39,832 nucleotides of DNA, from positions 1 to 39,832 of the IMG/VR virus record IMGVR_UViG_3300033513_000026; one strand, written 5' to 3'. Both the position numbers and the translations under genes were made by a program. Source of the DNA: a virus. Its lineage: Duplodnaviria; Caudoviricetes. Under the pieces are notes generated by a model. The model did no database searches and was not told where the DNA came from. It saw nothing but the letters and a program-made list of their open reading frames with translations. Positions within the stretch are counted from its first letter, which is position 1. Each line of letters opens with the position of its first letter. Of this stretch, positions 18,609 to 26,599 are shown piece after piece.

Positions 18609-19042
18609 GTAAATACCGCCGTATGGGGAACGTGTTTAGTGTACATTTCTACATTTGAAAAAATTGAGGTTAGAGTATCCCACGGTGTAGTGTCTTTGGC
18701 CTGACTTGCATCGTGCATTACGATTACCTTAGCATGAGGTTTCAACAGGGCGAGTTTTGCCATTCGTCCGGGTGAGTGCTCTTCGTTATCCAGAAAGATC
18801 AATCCGTATTGTCCTTCGAGTTTGTAGTTCGCCCAATCCACGATATGAATGTCTGCAATTTCTCGATAGCGATTAGCCCAGTCAGGATCGGAAGCATGAA
18901 CAGTGAGCTTACTACCACGGTCACGACAAATTGCAGCAAGTATAGGAGTAGAATAATCGCCGCAACCAAGCTCAAGAATATCTCCGGGAGTTTCCAAAGC
19001 AGCTTTGACAAGTGGTTCAATATGAGTAGCATAGGCATCCAT
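18602..19042 (-). CDS. Class I SAM-dependent methyltransferase-like protein
   Basis: 'ILELGCGDYST', 'LIFLD' and 'IVMHD'. Confidence 0.7.
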   Translation of the reverse strand: MDAYATHIEPLVKAALETPGDILELGCGDYSTPILAAICRDRGSKLTVHASDPDWANRYREIADIHIVDWANYKLEGQYGLIFLDNEEHSPGRMAKLALLKPHAKVIVMHDASQAKDTTPWDTLTSIFSNVEMYTKHVPHTAVFTC

Positions 19043-19651
19043 TCAGTTTTCAATCCTCCAAAGCGCTATAGCCTTATCGCAATAATACGGGTGTGGGTTT
19101 CCTTCGTTCAACACTAGAAGCGGTTTCGGGAAGTTAAAAGGATCGTCCATGAGATTGAGCGGCCTCCATCCTCCAGTTTCAATGTCTTCGTTATGATGAA
19201 GAGTAAATGTAGTTGTAAGCAGATATTTTGAGTTTGAGGCGCAGATATTCGCCAGCGCATTCATTGCGTCCTGATATGAAAGATGGACTAGGCAATCTCT
19301 ACAGATTACCAGGTCAACCTGTGGAAGCTTGTCTTTAGTAACGTCCAGAATTTTAAATGACACATCATTAAAATCTGCGGTCAGATAATAAATTTCATCT
19401 ATCAACTCGGGAACAATGTCTGCTCCAATATATTGTATCCCAGTTAGATCAACATGCCGCATCCAGTTGAAGTCACCGCAAGGAATATCAAGAATAGACT
19501 TGATGTTAAGGTTCTTGATAATCTCCGGCAGAGCTTCCCTGAGCCTCTTGGTTTCTTCAAGACTCGATCCGGAGCCGGAAACGGATTCTCCATTGCCCCA
19601 AGCTTTCTTGTGATAGATTTCAGTGAAGATGTTTTTTATCTCTTCTGCCAC
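19043..19651 (-). CDS. Class I SAM-dependent methyltransferase
   Basis: 'ESVSGSGS', 'SILDIPCGDFNWM', 'YIGADIV' and 'DLVICRDCLVHL'. Confidence 0.85.
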   Translation of the reverse strand: MAEEIKNIFTEIYHKKAWGNGESVSGSGSSLEETKRLREALPEIIKNLNIKSILDIPCGDFNWMRHVDLTGIQYIGADIVPELIDEIYYLTADFNDVSFKILDVTKDKLPQVDLVICRDCLVHLSYQDAMNALANICASNSKYLLTTTFTLHHNEDIETGGWRPLNLMDDPFNFPKPLLVLNEGNPHPYYCDKAIALWRIEN

Positions 19652-20613
19652 GATTTCAAATCCCTATATACGGTTACGTTAGGATAAACATGGGACGGGC
19701 CTTCGGGAACATGCCAGTCTAGCTCGTCCACTACTTTATCAACTTCTAACTCGGTTTTCTTGTCTGGAATAACTATCTCGCATTTAGCCCCTATAGAGCC
19801 TGCGAAATGCATTACTGAGGTAGGAACACAGACAACCTTATCCAACACCGAAATAAGCGCCAGAACCCCCTCTATGTCGTTTCTGAGGTCTATATCCGGG
19901 CGCTCTACTTCCTCGGTTGTGTGGTCGTACTGCAACGAAATAGGTTTTTCGATTCCGAAAGATTCGGCAGAGATATAGCCATGCCTTCCCCTCCATGACA
20001 GCCCGACTCTTCCCCGGTATTTCTCGAACTCTTCAACTCTGCTTTTGAGTATTTTAATGAAGGGTCGGCGGGGAAAGTCTCCGGGTCGTCTCCTAAAAAG
20101 AGGGAGGAGGTCAGCAGCAGGTATAAAAGCAGTATTATCACCAAGTAGATCATCTCTCGCGTCGATGTATCTTTCTCTCGCATCTATGCCAAAGCTCCGT
20201 TTGATGATCTCTACTAACCTTCCGTCACAAGCATACGTGACTTTTTTACATCTTACCATTGCCTCGGGGATAAGAGAGGAAAACAACACCTCATCACCTA
20301 TCCCTTGTTCACCTATGATAATCAGACTTTCCGTGTAGTTCCCATCCCAAAACGGTATAGATTTAATCCCATACCGCATTGCTTCGGCCCACTCGTCTCT
20401 GAATTGCCATCCGTCCCACTCGGAATAATTCCCTTGAAGGATTCTAGCACAGCAGAGATTGTGCTTTACTCTCGGGTCTAAACGCTGGTAAACCTCAAAG
20501 TCGTTTTGCTCTCGAAGTTTCTTCTTGAAATGCTGAAGCGTTCGATCAACCTGCAATCTACTTGCGGTTGACGAACGCCTTAACATAAAAGCTACGTCAG
20601 AATAGAGGCTCAC
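19636..20613 (-). CDS. GT-B glycosyltransferase (GT9/heptosyltransferase-like)
   Basis: 'WDG...LIIIGEQGIGDEVLF', 'RVGLSWRG', 'ISLQY' and 'LDKVVCVPTSVMHFAGSIG'. Confidence 0.75.
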   Translation of the reverse strand: MSLYSDVAFMLRRSSTASRLQVDRTLQHFKKKLREQNDFEVYQRLDPRVKHNLCCARILQGNYSEWDGWQFRDEWAEAMRYGIKSIPFWDGNYTESLIIIGEQGIGDEVLFSSLIPEAMVRCKKVTYACDGRLVEIIKRSFGIDARERYIDARDDLLGDNTAFIPAADLLPLFRRRPGDFPRRPFIKILKSRVEEFEKYRGRVGLSWRGRHGYISAESFGIEKPISLQYDHTTEEVERPDIDLRNDIEGVLALISVLDKVVCVPTSVMHFAGSIGAKCEIVIPDKKTELEVDKVVDELDWHVPEGPSHVYPNVTVYRDLKSWQKR

Positions 20614-21044
20614 GCCTGTTTATTTGCTGCTGCCCATTGTTTGTATTCCTTCGTCCTCTTGTCCATCGTGGAAGGATGAAGTAGTCCTTGACGATCAAGA
20701 CCTTTGGACGTTGGAGGAAGAATTGTAGGCTGAGGAGGGTGCTGAACAGCCGCCATGTCAGCAATCATTTCCTCCAACCACTTAATGGTTGCTTTCAGCT
20801 CTTCAATCTCGGAATTCTCAGAACCCCCCCGAAGAGAGGAAGTATTAATTTGTTGAACAGTATTGCCGAAATAACGGTCATTAGACCATTCGCGGTGAGG
20901 TTCTACTCCACGAACAAAGACAGACTTTCCGTAGTCTATCCCGTTGGACTCTTGGTATTTACGAATAGCTTCTTCGCTCCAAAACCCCACATCATTTGGC
21001 GGGGAGAGTTTGAGAATGTCCTGTTCACGAATAATTCTGCTCAA
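20610..21044 (-). CDS. Hypothetical protein
   Basis: 144 aa ORF with GGAGG RBS and TTG start. Confidence 0.55.
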   Translation of the reverse strand: MSRIIREQDILKLSPPNDVGFWSEEAIRKYQESNGIDYGKSVFVRGVEPHREWSNDRYFGNTVQQINTSSLRGGSENSEIEELKATIKWLEEMIADMAAVQHPPQPTILPPTSKGLDRQGLLHPSTMDKRTKEYKQWAAANKQA

Positions 21045-21058
21045 TTTTACCTCCGTAG

Positions 21059-21277
21059 TTAATTGTTAGGCCATCCTGCAAATGGCATGAATTGTGGAAT
21101 ACTTCCTACTACATTTGACAATTTATTACTTACTCCATCCCAATCAGCGGTAAATGTCGGGGTGAAATTTGGATATGTCACAAACCCAGTCAATTTTCCG
21201 TTCACATCGTACACGGGACATTGCTGGCCGTCCTGCCAGCACACCGATTGAGTGGAATTAATGGCGCAATGCATCAT
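21059..21277 (-). CDS. Hypothetical protein
   Basis: 72 aa, coupled by ATGA overlap to the upstream gene. Confidence 0.5.
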   Translation of the reverse strand: MMHCAINSTQSVCWQDGQQCPVYDVNGKLTGFVTYPNFTPTFTADWDGVSNKLSNVVGSIPQFMPFAGWPNN

Positions 21278-22248
21278 GCCGTTATTGCCTGCAAGATTGA
21301 GTCAGTAAGCGTCGTTTGCCAAAACCTTACATTTTTTATGTTCCCATAAAATTGTTGGGTTGATCCGTCCGACCCAATCGCAATTGTTGACGGCGCTGCT
21401 GGAACAGTCGCATTGGCGGAAGTTGTTAATGTCGAATTAACTGCAATCGCATAATTACTGGTTGCGTATCTTGCACCGACTTTTGCAGATGCACTTGTCG
21501 CCGCTGTTAATGGATTTGCGACCCCAAATAACGTTCCGACCATTGTACTTGAACTTTCATAAAGTCCAAACGCGCCTACTCCTTGGTTCAATGCAAATTT
21601 TGTAGTGGCAGATGTTAATGCAGGAGTCGATAATGACAATTCCATATACACACTTCCGATTGCGGATACCGAAGTGGCGGAATACGTCAACATATCCGCA
21701 TTCCTAGTAACAGCCGCTCCCGCTGTCGCAATATAGCTTGTCGGAAATGCTGTATTCTCGACCTGCGCAATAGTCACTGTTCCCGCCACTGTGAACACCA
21801 CGGTTCCGGCTACAGTTACAGTTATTGTGTTCGGCGTTCCTGACGTTGCTACTCCATATCCGGTAGCTGTCGCAGTACCAGCGGATGTTGTAATGCTTCC
21901 CGCTCCTTCTATCCAAGTAGTATATGTTCCGGTACCAAGAGAAATAGTTTGTGTTACAGGAGCTCCAGAATTAAGGAAATAGTTTGTTGCCGCTCCTTCT
22001 GACAAATATCCTAGATATTGATGGGTTACAGGATCGTAATAAGACCTTGCTACACCTGCTCCAACGGTAATTCTCGTTCCGGTTACATCAAATGTGGTCG
22101 CAGAAGTCGCACGGGTAAATGTCGCTGCTCCTGTCCCTCGCCCGAGAGACAAATCAACCGCGCCGCTTCCTAGATCATTCAATGGCAGAATGAAATTTGC
22201 CGAATTGAATACTCCCGATAGTCCGCTCGCTTGATCGAATAAAAACAT
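21274..22248 (-). CDS. Virion structural protein (head spike/fibre-like, LamG-like C-terminus)
   Basis: 'TFTRATSAT..ARSYYDP..GYLSEGAATN', 'AQVE..FPTSYI.T...VTRNAD' and 'GNIKNVRFW..LTD', typical of phage spike/fibre proteins. Confidence 0.7.
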   Translation of the reverse strand: MFLFDQASGLSGVFNSANFILPLNDLGSGAVDLSLGRGTGAATFTRATSATTFDVTGTRITVGAGVARSYYDPVTHQYLGYLSEGAATNYFLNSGAPVTQTISLGTGTYTTWIEGAGSITTSAGTATATGYGVATSGTPNTITVTVAGTVVFTVAGTVTIAQVENTAFPTSYIATAGAAVTRNADMLTYSATSVSAIGSVYMELSLSTPALTSATTKFALNQGVGAFGLYESSSTMVGTLFGVANPLTAATSASAKVGARYATSNYAIAVNSTLTTSANATVPAAPSTIAIGSDGSTQQFYGNIKNVRFWQTTLTDSILQAITA

Positions 22249-22538
22249 TATGAGAATGATACAGTACAGTCAACCGTTCCGCTGATCGCAACGTAAAGAC
22301 CCGTGGCAAATGCAAAAGGAAGAGGATACCACGTCCCTGCAATGGGTGTAAAGGTATTGACTAAAATTGGTACGGCGGCGGATGTTTGGTCGTAAATTGT
22401 AATCGTTGGAGTAGCAGAAGCCGACGCAACAAAAATTCCCAACAGCACCCCACCACCAGTCTTTAACAAAGAGCTTGCCGTAATATGCGCGCTATGCTCA
22501 CCTGCCATTATTGGCTGAACCGACTCTTGTTTATTCAT
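22248..22538 (-). CDS. Small beta-sandwich virion (decoration/spike-base-like) protein
   Basis: 'LKTGGGVLLGIFV..TITIYD..FATGLYVAISGT.DCTV'. Confidence 0.55.
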   Translation of the reverse strand: MNKQESVQPIMAGEHSAHITASSLLKTGGGVLLGIFVASASATPTITIYDQTSAAVPILVNTFTPIAGTWYPLPFAFATGLYVAISGTVDCTVSFS

Positions 22539-22858
22539 TTTTCTTGCTCTTCTATGTATTGTTTACGACGACGATCCCCGTAACCCCCATAACCTCCCAT
22601 TCCTTCCATCGGGATTTGATTGGGGATATGTACGCCTACTTGGTTAGGAATGTTCTTCCCTACTTGATTTGGAATGTCCTGGGAGGCAATCCGCTTGCGT
22701 TTTTCTTCACGCTGGGCCTGCTGTCGGCGGACTTCTTCGCCTGGGGTGAATTCTTTACCCCGTTTACGAAGTTCGGCCTCGATACGTTTCGAGCGTTGTT
22801 GTGGGGTTTCATTGTTCGCCATGTTCATCCTCCATGATAACTTGATCTTCCATCCCAT
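22535..22858 (-). CDS. Hypothetical protein with 3x IPNQ(VG) repeats
   Basis: Charged N-terminus; DIPNQVGK-NIPNQVGV-HIPNQIP. Confidence 0.5.
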   Translation of the reverse strand: MGWKIKLSWRMNMANNETPQQRSKRIEAELRKRGKEFTPGEEVRRQQAQREEKRKRIASQDIPNQVGKNIPNQVGVHIPNQIPMEGMGGYGGYGDRRRKQYIEEQEK

Positions 22859-23021
22859 CTTCTTCGATGTAGATCATGGGTTTCCCGTCTACAGTGGCAA
22901 AAACGTAAGTCTTGCCATTAAAAACGCCAATTTCTGCGCTTTGAATGTTCTGTTCTCTGTTTTCCTGAATGAATTCTTCGTAATCATGCTGTAAAGCACA
23001 TACATCGTCGCAATCAATCAT
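22809..23021 (-). CDS. Small acidic hypothetical protein
   Basis: 70 aa, ATGA-coupled to the upstream gene. Confidence 0.45.
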   Translation of the reverse strand: MIDCDDVCALQHDYEEFIQENREQNIQSAEIGVFNGKTYVFATVDGKPMIYIEEDGMEDQVIMEDEHGEQ

Positions 23022-23203
23022 TTCTTCCCTTTCTTTTTGGCCGGTTTCATGCCTTTTGCCGTGGTTTTTGAGCCTTTTTTAAGGCCGATTTTGTTCAAAG
23101 TCCCGTAAACCGCACCGGGGTTGTTAGGATATTCCTTCTTTAGCTTCTTTTCAACATCTGCAACAGCGGTTCCTTTAGGCATAACTTGCTCCTTATTTCC
23201 CAT
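23018..23203 (-). CDS. Small Lys-rich protein (likely start MPKGTAV at 23182)
   Basis: AAGGAG RBS before MPKG; K-rich C-terminus. Confidence 0.55.
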   Translation of the reverse strand: MGNKEQVMPKGTAVADVEKKLKKEYPNNPGAVYGTLNKIGLKKGSKTTAKGMKPAKKKGKK

Positions 23204-23939
23204 CAGTAAACAAACGTATAAGGTAACTGTTAAGCGTTAATGTATCTCCGGCTGTTGCTTTTTGTCCAGTGAACACGATTGTTTGGTCAACCGTGGTATC
23301 TATGGCAGAGGTGACAAGTGCGGATGTACTGGTTCCAAAACCAGCGGCGGAATACCCAACCTGTGAATTCGTCGCGTTTTGGTTTGTGATTGTCGCGTAA
23401 GTGTTCGCAGAGGCGAAGTTTGCTAGGGATACAGATTCATAAATCGTACCTCCAATTCCACCGAAACGAACCCGTGCGGTCTTCGCGTTCGCATTATTCG
23501 TACATGACCACAACGCTACAACTTCAATAACTCCATTAGCCCCCATCGAGTTAGCCGGTATGGTGACGGTAGCTAAAATATCTTCTGTGGTGTCAGCTGG
23601 AGTATTAACTGCCAGCCCCGATTTACCCACGATCCTCACCACAGAGACGGATGTAGCCAATTGAATTACGCCCGGTTGGTTTAGGTCATTGGCTACAAAA
23701 GTAGTGGTCTTTGACGCGAACCCGGATACAGCGGTAGTCACTAGGTCATATTGACCATTGGCTACGTAGAAATCAAAATCCCCCTCCACATCGGAAGTTA
23801 TAGGTTGAGCAAGGGCCGTCACCCCATTATCCGAGTACAGAGATGCCTTTACCAACGTTCCCTTAAGATATACGTTCGCCTGTATGACAGATTCAAGATT
23901 TCCTGTATCGTTGATTGCTTGAATAATTTGCCGTTGCAT
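23193..23939 (-). CDS. Virion appendage protein (tailspike/fibre-like N-terminal anchor)
   Basis: 'VYLKGTLVKASLYSDNG..LAQPITSDVEGDFDFYVANGQYDL' anchor motif plus a beta-rich C-terminus. Confidence 0.6.
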   Translation of the reverse strand: MQRQIIQAINDTGNLESVIQANVYLKGTLVKASLYSDNGVTALAQPITSDVEGDFDFYVANGQYDLVTTAVSGFASKTTTFVANDLNQPGVIQLATSVSVVRIVGKSGLAVNTPADTTEDILATVTIPANSMGANGVIEVVALWSCTNNANAKTARVRFGGIGGTIYESVSLANFASANTYATITNQNATNSQVGYSAAGFGTSTSALVTSAIDTTVDQTIVFTGQKATAGDTLTLNSYLIRLFTDGK

Positions 23940-23941
23940 GA

Positions 23942-24154
23942 TTAGCCTTTCAGATTTTCGGAATGTAATCGGGGGGATTTCATCCCTTTAACCTGTCTTG
24001 CCTTCTTGGCTATCTTTCCAGCTTCTTCCCTACCGACAAACTTCCCCGAGTCAGTAACAAATCCTTCTTTCCCCTTGCCGGGTATAAGAGCGTGCCTCTT
24101 CCCGGTCTTTACCTTACCTCCTGGAGTTTTGACAGCGGGGCTTTTGATCCTCAC
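23942..24154 (-). CDS. Small basic phage protein
   Basis: 'GKRH..GKEGFVTDSGKFVGREEAGKIA..A.Q' resembles a recurrent phage family. Confidence 0.55.
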   Translation of the reverse strand: MRIKSPAVKTPGGKVKTGKRHALIPGKGKEGFVTDSGKFVGREEAGKIAKKARQVKGMKSPRLHSENLKG

Positions 24155-24253
24155 GATTTCACCACTTGAAGATTAGGGCTCTACGGAATAACGTGTAGAA
24201 TTCATCATAAAGGAATATACTCATAAATCGGATTAACGTGTGGAACTGACATT

Positions 24254-24886
24254 ATGATTGCTGCCCTTTTTGTAGAAACAGACGGCGCGTACTTCGGTAT
24301 TCCTGGTGTGGAGCCGTGGGACGAAGCGAAAGACGCTAGGCGTTACACTGGTCCGCTGCCGGTGGTGGCGCACCCCCCTTGCCAGCGCTGGGGGAAGTTC
24401 TGGGCTGGACAGCCGCTCTGGATAGCGCGTACCGGAGAAAGGAAGAAGAAAGGTGATGACGGCGGCTGTTTCGCGTCTGCCTTGGCATCGGTACGCGAGT
24501 TTGGTGGTGTGCTTGAACATCCGTGGGGAAGTCATGCGTGGCCGCACTTCGGGCTGACTGTTCCTCCGCGCTCCGGGGGATGGGTTAAGGCCGACGAGCA
24601 AGGGGGCTGGACATGCTGCGTTGAGCAAGGTCGATATGGTCACTACGCCAGAAAACCGACGCTTCTTTATGTGGTTGGGGCAGACCTTCCTGAACTTCGA
24701 TGGGGGAAAAGCGACCCTGTGTTTCCTCAATGGGCAATAGACAGATACGGGATTGAAAGATGCAAACGGGCTGGAGAATTGGCTTTCAAGGGCGGCGGTA
24801 AGGACAATTCCCATCGTATCGCTACGCCGCCGGAGTTCAAGGAGTTGTTGCTGTCGATAGCAGCAAGGGCGAAAGGCGGGAACTGA
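24254..24886 (+). CDS. Divergent short DNA cytosine-C5 methyltransferase-like protein
   Basis: 'IAALFV' (motif I-like), 'VVAHPPCQRW' (catalytic PC), 'VLEHP' (ENV-like), 'YGHYARKPT' and 'IATPPEF'. Confidence 0.6.
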   Translation: MIAALFVETDGAYFGIPGVEPWDEAKDARRYTGPLPVVAHPPCQRWGKFWAGQPLWIARTGERKKKGDDGGCFASALASVREFGGVLEHPWGSHAWPHFGLTVPPRSGGWVKADEQGGWTCCVEQGRYGHYARKPTLLYVVGADLPELRWGKSDPVFPQWAIDRYGIERCKRAGELAFKGGGKDNSHRIATPPEFKELLLSIAARAKGGN

Positions 24887-24889
24887 CCG

Positions 24890-25279
24890 ATGACCGACAT
24901 CCTCGACCTTCCAGGCTGGACCGTGCTCTCCAAGTCTCAATCCGGCGGTGAATACCTGATTGAGGCCGAGTACACCGTCCAGCCCACGGCATGCCCCAAG
25001 TGCGGAGTTATCGACACCCCGTACAAGCATGGCGTCAAGCCCATCAAGTACCGCGACAGCCCCATCAGGGGCGATTCGGTGAACATTCTGGCTCAGGTCC
25101 AGCGGTACAGGTGCCAATCCTGCCTTGGGGTGTACGAGCCGTCCGAGCTTTATGTCACCCGCATGGGCGTTGTCCTTGAGGACGAACCCATGACAAACAG
25201 GACTTTGATGTGCGCCCACTGCAAAGAGCGTTTCCACACGGAAGGCGTTAAGCATGGTCACTCACCTTCCACACCTTAA
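24890..25279 (+). mobile_element. Truncated ISL3-family transposase N-terminus (zf-ISL3) with a non-transposase tail
   Basis: 'DILDLPGWTV..CPKCG..YKHG..YRDSPIRG..V..QRYRCQSC'; no DDE domain follows. Confidence 0.7.
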
Positions 25280-25641
25280 TCCGCAGAGCCAAGATTAGGA
25301 ACTTCCTCTTCCAGAAGTTGCTTGAGCATATGTCGAATAGAGGGATTGGCAATCATCGCCTTTAACGTGGCTTGCATCTGCTCGGGGGTCTTCATGTCTT
25401 CATTGAGATTGGTTTGCTCAACTGCTGACAATGACGGGATGGTTTTGGAGAGATACAGTTCAGCAGCTTTGATCTCTGCCGGTTTCATCTCAACTTTACC
25501 TATGGCGGCATCGTGAACCCGGTTCATGATGTACGAAGCCCTTTGCTGTTCCTTGTGCTTCGGAGACAGCTTAATCCCCCTCTGATGGCCTCTAGGCCGC
25601 TTGGGTTTGGGTTCTTTAGGAGGTTGAGGAACGAGAGGCAT
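25276..25641 (-). CDS. terS: Putative terminase small subunit
   Basis: 'ASYIMNRVHDAAIGKVEMKPAEIKAAELYLSKTIPSLSAVE' resembles a common TerS family; near the start of the late operon. Confidence 0.6.
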   Translation of the reverse strand: MPLVPQPPKEPKPKRPRGHQRGIKLSPKHKEQQRASYIMNRVHDAAIGKVEMKPAEIKAAELYLSKTIPSLSAVEQTNLNEDMKTPEQMQATLKAMIANPSIRHMLKQLLEEEVPNLGSAD

Positions 25642-25785
25642 TTACTTCTGTCCTTTGATCTTCGGCTTCTTACTTTCTGCCTTAGACTTGCTCATGGTCT
25701 TAATCTGAGACTTGGATTTATTCTCGGGCAGACTCTTCCCCTCAGAATACTTCTTAACCTCACCCTTGGCGTATTTGATAGGCAT
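25642..25785 (-). CDS. Small Lys/Ser-rich protein (47 aa)
   Basis: Manual translation MPIKYAKGEVKKYSEGKSLPENKSKSQIKTMSKSKAESKKPKIKGQK*; abuts both neighbours. Confidence 0.5.
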   Translation of the reverse strand: MPIKYAKGEVKKYSEGKSLPENKSKSQIKTMSKSKAESKKPKIKGQK

Positions 25786-25982
25786 TATTTCTGTCCTTTC
25801 TTCAAACCCGTACCATTCAACTTAAGGGGACTCAGAACTCCACCAGGGGATTCATGTACACCTTCCATCTTGGGTTGGACAACATGATTCGACCAAGACG
25901 AGGAAAAAGGCGCAGAAGAAACCTTAACCGATTCTTTGTCTCGAAAATCACTACCAGCAGTTTTCAACGGTTTCTTGTTCAC
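25785..25982 (-). CDS. Small basic hypothetical protein
   Basis: AAGGAGGTGAT RBS and GTG start. Confidence 0.55.
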   Translation of the reverse strand: MNKKPLKTAGSDFRDKESVKVSSAPFSSSWSNHVVQPKMEGVHESPGGVLSPLKLNGTGLKKGQK

Positions 25983-26040
25983 GGATCACCTCCTTTAAAG
26001 TTTCCTAATGCTTTCACATTTAACTCATTCGGTCAAGACC

Positions 26041-26244
26041 TTAGTACCCCAATAACGCAAGAATTTGTGCAGGGGTTTGGGTAACGCCAAGCGGAGGGTC
26101 TCCGGCAGTAAACAGCATCGTAGACCTGCCGTCTTCTGCCTGTTTGAAGTTAACGATTTGATCTGCGTTTACCCATACAGGCAAGTCTGTCGCATCGTCG
26201 GTCAACTGGATTACTGGTATCAGAGGTAGGTTAGGGTTAGCCAT
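26041..26244 (-). CDS. Small hypothetical protein (FlbD-like pattern)
   Basis: 'IQLTD..PVWVNADQIV..STM.F..G..LGVTQTPAQIL'; GAGGA RBS. Confidence 0.55.
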   Translation of the reverse strand: MANPNLPLIPVIQLTDDATDLPVWVNADQIVNFKQAEDGRSTMLFTAGDPPLGVTQTPAQILALLGY

Positions 26245-26323
26245 GATTGATCCTCAAGGTTGGGGGAAAAATTAGGGAAGGGGTATATGTTAACACTCAA
26301 GAATGCTTTTGGGGGTTCCCATA

Positions 26324-26335
26324 GTAAGTATTTAC
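26324..26335. promoter_or_regulatory. SlmA-binding-sequence-like palindrome 1
   Basis: GTAAGTATTTAC (followed by TAAC) compared with the SBS consensus GTGAGTACTCAC. Confidence 0.45.
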
Positions 26336-26427
26336 TAACAAAGGATGCTTATCCACAGGGCTATGATCTGTGGATAACTATACCACTCTCGATCACTCTC
26401 TGCCTATTATTTGCACTGGTCATTAGT

Positions 26428-26440
26428 AATCAATGAGTTA
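26428..26440 (+). promoter_or_regulatory. IHF binding site
   Basis: AATCAATGAGTTA is an exact match to WATCAANNNNTTR. Confidence 0.65.
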
Positions 26441-26445
26441 CACTA

Positions 26446-26473
26446 AGATAGCATAATGGTCATTATGTTAAAT
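26446..26473 (+). other. dif-like XerC/XerD recombination site
   Basis: AGATAGCATAA-TGGTCA-TTATGTTAAAT versus E. coli dif GGTGCGCATAA-TGTATA-TTATGTTAAAT: XerD arm 11/11, inner XerC arm GCATAA conserved. Confidence 0.88.
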
Positions 26474-26599
26474 TCCAGCATCCATGCGGGTTACAGAGCA
26501 TGTGTGTAAGTCTGTGCATAACTTATCATGGTGTCACATGTGGATAAGTGAGAGTTATACACATTCGTCTAGCTTGTGGATATGTGGAGAAGTTAGTGA

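Larger units (their letters stand above)
26349..26591. promoter_or_regulatory. DnaA-box cluster
   Basis: Perfect TTWTNCACA matches at 26349-57(+), 26369-77(-), 26513-21(-), 26539-47(-) and 26555-63(+); one-mismatch boxes at 26501-09, 26575-83 and 26583-91. Confidence 0.85.

Noticed and set aside
24232-24247. parS-like half site (GTGGAAC)
   Set aside because: Not palindromic, and no parA/parB genes are present.
24233-25261. 342-aa minus-strand ORF
   Set aside because: Shadow of two GC-rich + strand genes that have recognisable motifs; no protein-like features.
26275-26282. KOPS motif GGGAAGGG pointing toward the dif-like site
   Set aside because: A single 8-mer is expected several times by chance in 40 kb, and it lies on the XerC side; a genome-wide skew count would be needed.
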